The translations under genes were made by a program, and so were the position numbers. Below, piece by piece: positions 7,397 to 16,967 of a DNA stretch of 29,429 nucleotides (position 1 is the first letter of the stretch; every line of letters begins with the position of its first letter). Origin of the DNA: Thermoanaerobaculia bacterium. Its GTDB lineage: Bacteria; Acidobacteriota; Thermoanaerobaculia; Multivoradales; UBA5704. The notes below the pieces were generated by a model. It did not search any database. It was not told the origin of the DNA and was given only the letters and a program-made list of their open reading frames with translations. The DNA lies in assembly GCA_035544375.1 (NCBI GenBank), contig DATKFK010001020.1:1-29429 (forward strand). Reading direction: 5' to 3'.

Positions 7397-8149
7397 TCAG
7401 TGCAGCAGCCGCAGGTACTCGCGGATGCGGCGGGCGTTGGTGCCCAGGTCGCTCATGCCCACGCGGGAGCACGAACGCACGTCGATCCGGCTGCCCGAGG
7501 CGTCGGGCCGGATGCGCACCACGACGTCGTCCTTGAAGCCGAGCCACCGGGTGGTCGCCGTGGCTTCGATGCGGCCGGCGGCCGGCTCCGCGGCCACGAT
7601 CGTCCAGCCCATGGCGCGCGCCGCGGCCAGCGCCTGCTCGAACGCCTGGGCCGGCGGGGCGGCGAGATAGCGTGGCGCGATGTCGGGATATCCCCTGGCC
7701 TGCGCGGCGGCGACCTCGGGGCCGCCGTAGGCCGCGGAGTTGGGAGCCCCTGCCCGGAGCGGCAGCACGGCGACGAACGCCGGCGGGTCCGCTGTGTCGG
7801 TCGTGATGTCGTGGATGAACGGCACGCTGCGCGCCCTCTGCATCGTCAGCCATGGTACCGAGAACACCGCCAGGCATACCAGCAGCGCCCCGGCGAGCGC
7901 TCCCGGTCCCATCGCCCAACCACCGTCGCGGCCGCCCTCGCCGCCGCCGAGCCGCGCCAGCACCAGCGCGATCGCCGAGAGCGCCGCGCCGAGCATCGCC
8001 AGCAGGGCGCACCAGCGCAGGGCGCCGATGGCGGCGCGCGGCGTCCACAGCCCCACCCGGGCGCCCACCGCCGATGCCACCAGCACCAGCGCCGACAGCG
8101 CCGCGACGGCCACGGCAGCTGCGGCAAGCCAGCGAAGTCGCGGTTCCAT
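7397..8149 (-). CDS. DUF1499-like membrane-anchored protein
   Basis: N-terminal TM helices, then PFIHDITTD..DPP, YPDIAP, FKDDVVVRI, IDVRSCSRVGMSDLGTNARRI, which I recognise as the DUF1499 pattern. Confidence 0.8.
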   Translation of the reverse strand: MEPRLRWLAAAAVAVAALSALVLVASAVGARVGLWTPRAAIGALRWCALLAMLGAALSAIALVLARLGGGEGGRDGGWAMGPGALAGALLVCLAVFSVPWLTMQRARSVPFIHDITTDTADPPAFVAVLPLRAGAPNSAAYGGPEVAAAQARGYPDIAPRYLAAPPAQAFEQALAAARAMGWTIVAAEPAAGRIEATATTRWLGFKDDVVVRIRPDASGSRIDVRSCSRVGMSDLGTNARRIREYLRLLH

Positions 8150-8266
8150 GATCCACCGCATTCTCCCACAGGCGGGAGCGCAGTTGCCGCCACGGCCCCC
8201 GATCTCCTAAACTCCGCCCGTTCCGCTTCCCGAACCACGACCCGACAGGAAGAAAAGGGGGACCTC

Positions 8267-8743
8267 ATGAGCCAAGCCGCGCGGACCTCGAAGACCCTGC
8301 TCTGCACCTCGGCGATCATCGCGGCCCTGTCCGCGGGCGCCGCCACCGGCATCGCCAACGCCGCCGATCACCCCAACCTGCAGCCCGGGAGCTGGGAGAC
8401 CTCGATGACCATGGAGATGGCGGGCATGCCGGCGGGCATGCCGGCGCGCCCGCCGATCACCACCACCCACTGCATCAAGGCGGACCAGGTCAAGGACAAC
8501 CAATCCCTCGCCGACAGCATGCAGACGAATTCCAAGAGCAAGTGCAAGGTCGCGGACGTCAAGTTCGAGAGTGACAAGCTCTCCTACAGCTTCACCTGCG
8601 ACAGCGGCGCCAGCGGCACCTCCGAGCTGGTCTTCGGCGGCACCACCTACGAGGGCACGACCAAGATCTCGGTCCCCGGCCACGGCAACGGGCCGATGAC
8701 GATGACCCAGCACTTCAAGTCCAAGCGGGTCGGCGACTGCTGA
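8267..8743 (+). CDS. Secreted DUF3617-like protein (158 aa)
   Basis: Signal peptide (..GIANA|ADH), LQPGSWET, THCI, KCKV, SFTC, and C-terminal KRVGDC, the DUF3617 pattern. SD-like AAGGGGG precedes ATG 8267. Confidence 0.8.
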   Translation: MSQAARTSKTLLCTSAIIAALSAGAATGIANAADHPNLQPGSWETSMTMEMAGMPAGMPARPPITTTHCIKADQVKDNQSLADSMQTNSKSKCKVADVKFESDKLSYSFTCDSGASGTSELVFGGTTYEGTTKISVPGHGNGPMTMTQHFKSKRVGDC

Positions 8744-8815
8744 GCGAACCCAGCCCTCCGGAGGGGCCGGCTCGACGCGGGCGCACGACTGGCGGGTCCG
8801 GGTGCTCGAAGAGCG

Positions 8816-11062
8816 ATGAAAGGCAGCCTGTCGCCGTCCCGCTCCATCGGGCTCGAGGCGAGCCGCTGGCGGTGGCTCGTCCTGGCCGCGACGGTTGCGT
8901 TCCAGGGCTGGCTCCTCCTGCCCGAGCTGGCACGCCCCGTCACTCCACTCAACGACGACGCTTTCCACATCGCCACGGCGCTCCACGTTCGCGAGGTCCT
9001 GCAGCGCCGCCCGGCCAGCGCACTTGATCCCTGGTTCTCGTACTGGTCGCTCGGTTACCCGCTCCTCCACGCCTACCAGCCGCTCGCCCCCCTGGTCACC
9101 GGGGCGCTCGGCTGCTTCGCCCCGGAGGCGCGCTTCATCGCGCTGTACCAGGCGCTGAAGCTGCTGCTCCTGCTCGCCTTTCCGCTCTGCGTCTACCTCG
9201 GCGCGCGCTGGTTGGAGCTCGACGACGCCGCGGCGCTCGGCGCCGCCCTGGTCGCGCCGCTGGTCGCGACCGACGGCCTGTTCGGCCTCGACTACGGCTC
9301 CTACCTGTGGCGCGGCACCGGCCTCTACACCCAGCTATGGGCCAGCTGCCTGCTGCCGCTGGCGATCGGACGCTCGTGGGCGGCGCTGCGCGGGCGCGCC
9401 GGCGCGCTCGCCGCCGCGGCGCTGCTCGCCCTCACCTTCCTTGGCCACGCCATCTACGGCTACATTGCCGTCCTGAGCCTCGCCCTCGCCGCCGGCCTGC
9501 TCCTGCGCTCGGTGGGCCCGCGGACGGTCCTCCGCCGCGCCGCGCCGGTCCTGGGTCTCGCCGGGGCGATGGTTGCCTTCTTCGTCGTGCCGATGCTGCT
9601 CGACGCGGCGGCCATCAATCGCTCGCGCTGGGAGCCCACGTGGAAGTGGGACTCGTTCGGGGCCCGGCAGGTGCTGGAGCGTCTCGGCGGCGGCGAGCTG
9701 TTCGACCACGGGCGCCTGCCGGTCCTGACCGCCCTCCTCGCCGCCGGCCTGGTCCTCGCCTTGCGCCGGGGAGCGGCCCGTGGCGAGCGTTTCGTCGGCT
9801 TTGGGTTCCTCGCCTGGCTGGCGCTCTACTTCGGCCGCCCCACCTGGGGCGCCTCCCTCTACGCTCTCGGCATCACGGCTGACGTTCCGCTGCATCGCCT
9901 GATCGGCGGCGTGCACCTTTTCGGCATCCTGCTTGCCGGGCTGGCGCTCGGGCGGGGGGCCGCCCGCCTGGCGGAGCGCCGGCGGGGAGCGTGGCGATGG
10001 GCCGTCCTGGCCGCGGCCCTGCTGCTGCTGGCGCCGGCGGCCGGCGAGCGCATCCGCTACGTCCACCAGGGCCTCGTCTGGCTGCGTGCCAGCGAAGCCG
10101 CCTTGACGGCCGCGGCCCCTGACGTGGCGGCGCTCCACCGGCGCCTCGCCGAGCTGCAGGAGGCGCAGCCCGGCCGTATCTACCCTGGCCTGGCGGCGCG
10201 CTGGGGCGGCAGGTTCAAGATCGGCGAGGTGCGGGTCTTCGACCTGCTGAGCCTTTGGCGGCTGGACGCGGTGGCCTATCTCTTCCATGCCATGTCGCTG
10301 CCCTCGGACGTCATGGTCGAGTTCGACGAGGACCGCCCGGCGGCCTACGACGCCCTGGACGTGCGCTACGTGGTCATGGACAGCCGCCGCACGCCGCCCC
10401 CATTCCTGCAACCCCTGGCCTCGTGCGGCCGCTTCCAGGTCTACGGCGGGCCTTCGTCGGGCAGGATCGGCCTCGGCGCCCTGGGGTTCGTCTTCGCCGG
10501 GCGGCGCGACGAGGTCTACGGGATCGCCTCCGCCTGGCTCGAGAGCGGGCTGCCGGCGGCACGGGTCTATGGCGAGATCGACCTCCGGCCGGGCGAGCGC
10601 CGCGGCCTGCCCGTCCTGCGGCGATGGGACCTGCTGCCCGAGGCCAGCCGGCTCGCCGCGGCGCCCCCGGGCGAGGTCCGCGACGTCCGGCGCGACGGCG
10701 ACGACTGGACGGCCGAGGTCGACCCCGGCGCCCCGGCGGTGGTCGTCCTCAAGGAGACGTTCCATCCCTCCTGGCGGGCCGAGGTGGACGGCAAGCCCAC
10801 GCCCACCCTGCAGGTGACGCCGGGCTTCGTCGCGGTGGCCGTCGGCGGCGGCCGCCACCACATCGCCTTCCGCTACCGCCCGAGCCGTCTCAAGCTGGGA
10901 CTTTTCCTGCTGGGCGTGGCGGCGCCGTTGCTCTGCCTGGCGGCGCCGCGCGCCTGGCGCCGGCCTCCGGACCCCGCCGGCAAGCGGCCTGATCCACGGC
11001 GAGCCGCCACGAAGAACCGGGCCGCCCCGGCCCCGCGCGAGCGGGACCGGAACGGCGAGTGA
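8816..11062 (+). CDS. GT-C-type multi-pass membrane glycosyltransferase (YfhO / PTPS-related membrane protein-like)
   Basis: About 12 hydrophobic helices. Acidic NDD motif in the loop after TM1, then DPWFSYWSLGYPLLHAYQPL. C-terminal ETFHPSWRAEVDG...GGGRHHIAFRYRP plus a final TM, typical of YfhO-like proteins. Confidence 0.75.
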   Translation: MKGSLSPSRSIGLEASRWRWLVLAATVAFQGWLLLPELARPVTPLNDDAFHIATALHVREVLQRRPASALDPWFSYWSLGYPLLHAYQPLAPLVTGALGCFAPEARFIALYQALKLLLLLAFPLCVYLGARWLELDDAAALGAALVAPLVATDGLFGLDYGSYLWRGTGLYTQLWASCLLPLAIGRSWAALRGRAGALAAAALLALTFLGHAIYGYIAVLSLALAAGLLLRSVGPRTVLRRAAPVLGLAGAMVAFFVVPMLLDAAAINRSRWEPTWKWDSFGARQVLERLGGGELFDHGRLPVLTALLAAGLVLALRRGAARGERFVGFGFLAWLALYFGRPTWGASLYALGITADVPLHRLIGGVHLFGILLAGLALGRGAARLAERRRGAWRWAVLAAALLLLAPAAGERIRYVHQGLVWLRASEAALTAAAPDVAALHRRLAELQEAQPGRIYPGLAARWGGRFKIGEVRVFDLLSLWRLDAVAYLFHAMSLPSDVMVEFDEDRPAAYDALDVRYVVMDSRRTPPPFLQPLASCGRFQVYGGPSSGRIGLGALGFVFAGRRDEVYGIASAWLESGLPAARVYGEIDLRPGERRGLPVLRRWDLLPEASRLAAAPPGEVRDVRRDGDDWTAEVDPGAPAVVVLKETFHPSWRAEVDGKPTPTLQVTPGFVAVAVGGGRHHIAFRYRPSRLKLGLFLLGVAAPLLCLAAPRAWRRPPDPAGKRPDPRRAATKNRAAPAPRERDRNGE

Positions 11063-11074
11063 GCTGTCGACAGG

Positions 11075-12487
11075 TCAGTTGTTGGTGACGATGCAAGCGA
11101 CGCCGACGTTCTTGTCGCCGTGGGCCGTGCAGCTGCCGGCGGCGACGGTCGCGCTGAGCGGCGACGTTCGATCCGCGCCGCCGGTGTAGCCGCAGACGCA
11201 GACGCTCGTCGCCAGGACCCGGCCGTCGCTCAAGGTGGCGTTGCCCCCGTTGTTCGTCGTGCCGGTCAAGCCGAAGGTGGCCTGCGCGATGAGCGACCAT
11301 TCGCAGCCCGTTCCGCACGTGCTCCCGGTGACGCCCTGGGTGGTGCTCGGCGCGCCTGGCGTGTTGCCCAGGTTCGAGGCGACCAGGCTGATGAAGCCCG
11401 ACCCCTGGTGTTGCACTCCGTCGTTCAGGTTGTAGGTGGTCCCACTCGACCATGTCTGCTGCCAGCTGACGAGACCCGACGGACCGCTCGGACCCGACGG
11501 ACCGGAGGGACCGGACGGACCCGAAGGACCGGAGGGGCCCAGCGGACCCGAGGGGCCGGAGGGGCCCGAAGGTCCGGAAGGGCCGGAAGGACCCGAGGGA
11601 CCGGAGGGGCCCGAGGGGCCGGAGGCTCCCAGCGCTGCCACCAGCGACCACTCGCAGCCGCTGCCGCAGCTGCTGCCGGCGACGCCCTCGGTGGTGGTCG
11701 GGTCGCCAGGCGTGTTGCCCATGTTCGAGGCAATCAGGCTGATGTAGCTCGAGCCCAGGTATTGCACGGCATCGTCGACGTTGTAGGAGGTCGAGCCCGA
11801 CCAGGTCTGCTGCCAGTTGATCCCCACCGGCCCCGTCGGCCCGCTCGGCCCCGACGGGCCGGAAGGACCGGAGGGACCGGAGCCACCCGACGTCCCCGGG
11901 TCACCCTGGGGGCCTGATGGGCCGGAGGGGCCGGAAGGACCCGAGGGTCCCGAGGGCCCGGAGGGGCCGGAGGGGCCGCTGGGACCCGTCGGCCCGACGC
12001 TGTAGTAGCCGGTGACGTCGATGATCGCGTGGACCGTTCCGGAGCCCTGCATTCCGATGACGATTTGCAGGTCGGTGTCCGTTGCCAGGGTGACGGGAGC
12101 GAGCGGCACGACCGCGCCGTTGGCGATCACCACCTCGGCGACGTCGTAGTTGATCGTCGAGGGGTCGTTCAGACCGGGCGTGACGTTGGCGGGATAGAGG
12201 CGCATGTCGCCCGCCCTGGACGGAAACACGATCGTCAAGTTGGCGACCATCGCCTCGGCGCCGTTGGGGATGCTGCAATTGCCCTGGATGCGGAAGAAGT
12301 GGGACGGTCCGGCCGATAGCGGATTGCCGTTGGTCTGCGGCCCCACGGTCCGCGTATCGAAGACCCGGCAAGGCTTGACGCTGGTAAAGACCAGATCGCC
12401 GGCGATGACCTGCGACGTCGCCGGCAAGCTGGCCGCCGCCAGGAGGCCGAGGAAAAGGACTGCGCTGCGCTTGGGCCTGAGGTGCAC
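11075..12487 (-). CDS. Secreted collagen-like surface protein: signal peptide, PCR-DTR domain, two (GPS)n tracts, two 62-aa Trp/Cys repeats, Cys-rich C-terminal domain
   Basis: GTG start after SD AAGGAGG, hydrophobic signal peptide, ~19 and ~18 Gly-X-Y triplets, and repeats of form WQQTWS..T.YN..D.VQ..GS..ISL.ASN.GNTPG...CG.GCEWSL. Confidence 0.85.
   Translation of the reverse strand: MHLRPKRSAVLFLGLLAAASLPATSQVIAGDLVFTSVKPCRVFDTRTVGPQTNGNPLSAGPSHFFRIQGNCSIPNGAEAMVANLTIVFPSRAGDMRLYPANVTPGLNDPSTINYDVAEVVIANGAVVPLAPVTLATDTDLQIVIGMQGSGTVHAIIDVTGYYSVGPTGPSGPSGPSGPSGPSGPSGPSGPSGPQGDPGTSGGSGPSGPSGPSGPSGPTGPVGINWQQTWSGSTSYNVDDAVQYLGSSYISLIASNMGNTPGDPTTTEGVAGSSCGSGCEWSLVAALGASGPSGPSGPSGPSGPSGPSGPSGPSGPLGPSGPSGPSGPSGPSGPSGPSGLVSWQQTWSSGTTYNLNDGVQHQGSGFISLVASNLGNTPGAPSTTQGVTGSTCGTGCEWSLIAQATFGLTGTTNNGGNATLSDGRVLATSVCVCGYTGGADRTSPLSATVAAGSCTAHGDKNVGVACIVTNN
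11471..11629 (-). repeat. Collagen-like tract 2 (GAS, 8xGPS, GPL, 7xGPS, GLV)
   Basis: 9-bp-period repeat with scrambled synonymous codons. Confidence 0.9.
11822..11995 (-). repeat. Collagen-like tract 1 (GPT, 8x[15 protein letters not shown], 4xGPS, GPT, GPV)
   Basis: 9-bp-period repeat with scrambled synonymous codons. Confidence 0.9.
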
Positions 12488-13193
12488 GACGTCCCTCCTT
12501 CGAGTTTAGCGGCGGGTGGGCGCCATCGGGTGAAGCCTCCTGGCCAGCCACCACTGAATCTCTGGCCGGGAAGCAGATAACGTGCGAAGGATGGAGCCAT
12601 CACCGTGCTACCTGCGATGATTCGGAAAAGCGTACTAAACAAACATTATTCCTGTTGCAGAGGCCGGCGCAAGCCTATTTGATCATTGATCTTAATGCCT
12701 GTTCGATAGAACTTTTTAAGTTTAGCGTTGTTTTCTCTCGGAATAACCGTGCCAGCGTAACTAAAATTAAAACTCCTTCACAAGCTTTTTAAGCCTGCTC
12801 GCTTTTTATATTCCCGCGGGTGGTGTATGGCGGGATTCGCATACCTCATCACCCTATCGCATTTTCCGCTGGCGGCGCCCTCTTGCGTCGGCGATGCCAT
12901 ATCCACACGCCTCATATCCTTACTGTTCAGGAATAAATTTTTCAGCCACAATCACATTTTTCCTACAGCACAGAAATTAGATCTTCCTCGCGGACTTGTC
13001 GGACCCAGCGACCTCCTCTCGCAGCCGCGCCCTGCAGACGGCCCTCTCTTCAGCCGGAGCCGTTCCCTCGTCGTAACTGGCAACAGCCACAACGACTACT
13101 CCGTTAACTTAAACTCTGGGTCCTGCGGGCGATCGATCTGCGTGCGGCGCTCATCGGCCGGCGACCGGCGCGTCCCCACACGCCGCGCGGTTG

Positions 13194-14195
13194 TCAGGAC
13201 TCTTCGACGGCGATCACCGCGGCACCCTGGAAGCTGCCGGCGCGCAAGGCCGCGAGAGCGGCGTTGGCCTCGGCGAGGGGGAAGACGGTGACCTCGCTGT
13301 GGATGGGCACCGTCGGGGCGAGTGCCAGGAACTCCTCGCCGTCGCGCCGGGTGAGGTTGGCCACCGAGCGCACCACCCGCTCGCCCCACAGGATGTCGTA
13401 GGGAAACGCCGGGATGTCGCTCATGTGGATGCCGGCGCAGACCACCGTGCCGCCTTTCGCCACCGCGCGCAGGGCGGCCGGCACCAGCTCGCCGGCGGGC
13501 GCGAAGATGAGCGCCGCGTCGAGGGGCTCGGGCGGCGCCTCGCCGGCGGCTCCCGCCCACTCGGCGCCGAGCCGGCGCGCGAACCGCTGCCCGGCCTCGT
13601 CGCCGGCGCGGGTGAAGGCGAACACCCGGCGCCCCTGGTGGCGCGCCACCTGGACGAGGATGTGGGCCGCGGCGCCGAAACCGTAGAAGCCCAGCCGCTC
13701 GGCCTCCCGCGGCGTCCCAGCCAGCCGCAGGGCGCGGAAGCCGATCAGCCCGGCGCAGAGCAGCGGCGCGGCTTCCAGGTCGGGATAGCCGGCGGGAATG
13801 GGAAAGCAGAAACGCTCGTCGGCGGCCGTCATCTCGGCGTAGCCGCCGTCCAGCTGGTAGCCGGTGAAGCGGGCGCGGTCGCACAGGTTCTCGCGTCCCG
13901 AAAGGCAGTAGCGGCAGGTGCCGTCCGTCCACCCCAGCCAGGGCACCCCGACCCGGTCGCCGATCCGGAAGCGGCTGGCGCCCTCGCCCAGGGCCGCGAC
14001 GGTGCCGACGATCTGGTGGCCGATGACCAGCGGCAGCTTGGGGTCCGGCAGCTCGCCGTCCACCACGTGCAGGTCGGTGCGGCAGACCCCGCAGGCATGC
14101 ACCCGCAGGAGCACCTGCCCCGGTCCCGCCGCCGGCGCCGCGATCTCGCGCGGCCGCAGCGGCTCCCCGACCCGTTCGAGCACCATCGCGCGCAC
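13194..14195 (-). CDS. Zn-dependent alcohol dehydrogenase (AdhP/cinnamyl-ADH-like MDR family)
   Basis: CGVCRTDLH, GHQIVG, CRYCLSGRENLC, PLLCAGLIG, GFYGFGAAA. Confidence 0.92.
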   Translation of the reverse strand: MRAMVLERVGEPLRPREIAAPAAGPGQVLLRVHACGVCRTDLHVVDGELPDPKLPLVIGHQIVGTVAALGEGASRFRIGDRVGVPWLGWTDGTCRYCLSGRENLCDRARFTGYQLDGGYAEMTAADERFCFPIPAGYPDLEAAPLLCAGLIGFRALRLAGTPREAERLGFYGFGAAAHILVQVARHQGRRVFAFTRAGDEAGQRFARRLGAEWAGAAGEAPPEPLDAALIFAPAGELVPAALRAVAKGGTVVCAGIHMSDIPAFPYDILWGERVVRSVANLTRRDGEEFLALAPTVPIHSEVTVFPLAEANAALAALRAGSFQGAAVIAVEES

Positions 14196-14303
14196 CCTGC
14201 AACTCTATCCCCACACCCGCCCCGGGGCAGGGCCGACGGGCCGTGAGATAGGATGGAAACAGTCAATGACGCAAGCCAGCGACTCTCGGCACCGGCCCGC
14301 GGC

Positions 14304-16613
14304 ATGAAGCTCTCGGTGGTCGTCGCCGCCTACGACGAGGCGGCGTGCATCGAGCCCCTCACCCGCCGCCTGGCGGCCGCCCTGGCGGCGATCCCGGACT
14401 GCTCCTGGGAGCTCATCTTCGTCGTCGAGGGCGAGGACGGCACCCGCGAGGTCCTGGAGCGGCTGGGCCGGCAGGCCGCTCCCCTGCGCATCCTCTATCG
14501 GCGCGAGCCTGCCGGCCTCGGCGCGGCGTTCCGGCGCGGCTTCGCCGCCGTGGCGGCAGACGCCGACTACGTGGTGACCCTGGACGCCGACCTCAACCAC
14601 CAGCCTGAGGAGATCCCGCGCCTGCTGGCCGCCGCCCGGGAGCTGGACTGCGACGTCCTGATCGGTTCCCGCTTCGTCGCCGGCGCCGAGATCACCGGCA
14701 CTCCGCCCTGGAAGCGCCTGCTCAGCGGCGCCGTGAACCGGCTCATGACCCTCTGGTACGGGCTGCGGGCGCACGACAAGACCTCGGGCTTCCGCGTCTA
14801 CCGTGCGCGGGTCCTGCGCGAGGTGGCGTACGAGAACGACCGCTTCGCCTTCCTCCCCGAGCTGTTGATCCGCGCCGGCGCCGCCGGCTTCCGCATCGCC
14901 GAGGCGCCGATCCATTTCCGCTATCGCCGCGAGGGGTGGTCCAAGATGGCATTCTGGCCGACCGTCGCGAGCTACCTGGCGCTCCTGTGGCGGCAAGGCG
15001 ATCGCTGGACCTGGAGCACGCTCCTGCTCGCCGCCGCCGGCGCGTCGCTGCGCGTCGGGATGACCTTCCCCGTCTACAGGTACCCGGGCGACGCCGACTG
15101 CCTGCTGACCGGCATCACCGCGCTTCGCCTGGCCGGCGGCCACCTGCCGGTCTTCTTCGCCAGCCAGCGCATCGGGGCGATCGCCAGCTACGTGGCCGCC
15201 CCGTTCGTGCTGGTCTTCGGCGCGTCGCGCACCGCGCTGGCGGCCAGCACGCTGCTGCTTGGCCTGCTGCTGCTCGCGGCGTGGTGCCTCTTCCTGCGCG
15301 AGCTCCTCGGCCGCCGGCTCGCCCTGGCCGCCCTGCCGTTTGCCGCCGTGCCGCCCGCGTTCGTCAGCCACTGGAGCGCCCTGCCGAACGGCTATCCGGA
15401 GACGTTGCTGCTCGGTGCGGCGACGCTCTGGCTGGCGGCGCGCCTGGCGCGCGGCGCCGGCGGCCGGCGCGATTTCCTCGGCTTCGGCCTCGCCGCCGGG
15501 TTGGGATGGTGGACCTCGTTGCTGACTCTCGGCTGCACGGTGCCGGCGGCGGCATGGCTGGCGTGGCGACGACCGCGCCTGCTGTCCAATGCCCGCTTCC
15601 TGGCCCTCGCCGCTCTCGGCTTCCTGCTCGGGGCCTCCCCCTGGATCGCCTACCATCTCCGCTACCGGCAGCGGCCGTTCGCAGGCAATTACGGCGTCGA
15701 GCCGGTGCATGGCATCGCCGCCATGCTCGGCGCCGGCCGGCGGCTGATCGTCGAGATGCTGCCCGAGCTGATCGCCGCCGCACCCAATCCATCTCCTGCC
15801 AGTCCCTTGCAGCCGCTGCTGCGCGTCCCCGCGCTGCTGATCGCCGCCGCGGCGATCGTCTTCTGCCTGTTCGTGGCGCCGCTTTCGCGGCGGCGCGCCG
15901 CCACCTCTCGCGCCGCTGCGCCCGCCGCCGAAAGCGCCGAGAGGTCGGCGTGGCCGCTCTGCGCCCTCGTGCTCCTCGTCACCCTCGGCATCAACCTGGT
16001 GTCCGCGGCCAGCGCGGAGCAAGGTCCCTTCCTGCCGGTGCGCTACCTGCTGCCGATGGCTCTCGTGGTGCCGGCGATGCTCGCGCTCTTCCTCCTGCCC
16101 ATCGGCCGGCGCTCGCCGGTCCTGGCTCTCATCCTCGCCGGCGTGGTGCTGGTCTTCGACGTGGCGGGCACCGCCCTGCCGTGGACCGAGTCGCGCCGGG
16201 GCTGGGAGAAGGAGGCGGACGACGACCAGCGGGCGCTCGCGGTCCTCGAGCGGGAAAAGGTGGAGGTGGTGGTGGGCTCGTACTGGTCCGTCTACTCATT
16301 CAACTTCCTGTCGGGCGAGACGATTCGCGGCATCCCGATCGAGTCGATGGACGACCTGCGCAAGGAGGCGGAACGGCTGCCGGTTGCAACCCCGGTGCGG
16401 CTGGCCCCACTGGGGCGCCCCCCCAAGGTGGTCGCCTGCTGGCTGGCCAGGGCCGGCGTGGCCGGCACCCCTCGGGTCATCGGCGGCGACTATGCGGCCC
16501 TGCTGCCGGCGCGGCAGATTGCAGGCAAGGCCGTCCAGGAGCTGCGCAACCGGCTCGCCGCGGCCTGGCCGGGCCAGCTCCCCTCCGCTGCCGACTGTCC
16601 CGGGCAGCGCTAG
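14304..16613 (+). CDS. Fusion of a DPM1-like GT2 (polyprenol-phosphate glycosyltransferase) and a GT-C-type membrane glycosyltransferase
   Basis: N-terminal ~235 aa: SVVVAAYDE, GLGAAFRRG, TLDADLNHQP (DxD), GSRF, DKTSGFRVY. Then ~11 TM helices with GDAD after TM1 and a C-terminal periplasmic domain. Start set at MKLSVVV (ATG 14304). Confidence 0.82.
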   Translation: MKLSVVVAAYDEAACIEPLTRRLAAALAAIPDCSWELIFVVEGEDGTREVLERLGRQAAPLRILYRREPAGLGAAFRRGFAAVAADADYVVTLDADLNHQPEEIPRLLAAARELDCDVLIGSRFVAGAEITGTPPWKRLLSGAVNRLMTLWYGLRAHDKTSGFRVYRARVLREVAYENDRFAFLPELLIRAGAAGFRIAEAPIHFRYRREGWSKMAFWPTVASYLALLWRQGDRWTWSTLLLAAAGASLRVGMTFPVYRYPGDADCLLTGITALRLAGGHLPVFFASQRIGAIASYVAAPFVLVFGASRTALAASTLLLGLLLLAAWCLFLRELLGRRLALAALPFAAVPPAFVSHWSALPNGYPETLLLGAATLWLAARLARGAGGRRDFLGFGLAAGLGWWTSLLTLGCTVPAAAWLAWRRPRLLSNARFLALAALGFLLGASPWIAYHLRYRQRPFAGNYGVEPVHGIAAMLGAGRRLIVEMLPELIAAAPNPSPASPLQPLLRVPALLIAAAAIVFCLFVAPLSRRRAATSRAAAPAAESAERSAWPLCALVLLVTLGINLVSAASAEQGPFLPVRYLLPMALVVPAMLALFLLPIGRRSPVLALILAGVVLVFDVAGTALPWTESRRGWEKEADDDQRALAVLEREKVEVVVGSYWSVYSFNFLSGETIRGIPIESMDDLRKEAERLPVATPVRLAPLGRPPKVVACWLARAGVAGTPRVIGGDYAALLPARQIAGKAVQELRNRLAAAWPGQLPSAADCPGQR

Positions 16614-16770
16614 TGGCCCGCTAGCGTCGCCAAGGGCTCCGGCCGGGCGGGCCGGCCGCGCGGGCCTTGGCGGCGCCTTGCTTTACTGGCATAAAAATCT
16701 CCTTCCCGGCTCGATCGGAGCCCCATACATGGCCCAATGTCATATGCGCGGCGCGCTTCTTTTTACCGGG

Positions 16771-16800
16771 TTGACACCTTTTTTTCCGCGGTGGTATGAA
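16771..16800 (+). promoter_or_regulatory. Candidate sigma-70-type promoter for the NlpC/P60 gene
   Basis: Perfect TTGACA (16771-16776), 18-bp spacer, and extended -10-like TGnTATGAA, inside an AT-rich patch. Confidence 0.45.
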
Positions 16801-16967
16801 GGGCACCCTGTCAGCGTCCTGTTCGCCTGCGAATGGGCCGAGCCGCTTGTCGAGCGGCTCCTCCTGAAGGCTCCGCCTTGGCTCGACCTGCTTGGTCAGG
16901 TCGAGCCGGCCATCGAGCGGCTGGGTGCAAGCGCGCCTGCCGCCCCTTTGTTGGACCGGAGGCCCGG

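Noticed and set aside
11471-11995. Regular short-period repeats as a possible CRISPR array or VNTR element
   Set aside because: The 9-bp period is codon-driven inside a coding sequence; there are no unique spacers and no cas genes.
11436-12005. Plus-strand ORFs encoding (GPE)n/(GPD)n collagen-like peptides
   Set aside because: These are antisense shadows of the (GPS)n tracts. They lack a signal peptide and SD and are fully overlapped by the better-supported minus-strand gene.
12827-13291. 154-aa plus-strand ORF in the AT-rich island
   Set aside because: Codon usage is unlike real genes here, there is no SD or recognisable motif, and it overlaps the 3' end of the ADH gene.
7347-16670. Shared CCAAGGGCTCC start of intergenic hairpins at ~7347 and ~16630 as a possible REP family
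   Set aside because: Only two instances, 11-12 bp in common, and different stem partners; plausible by chance at this GC content.
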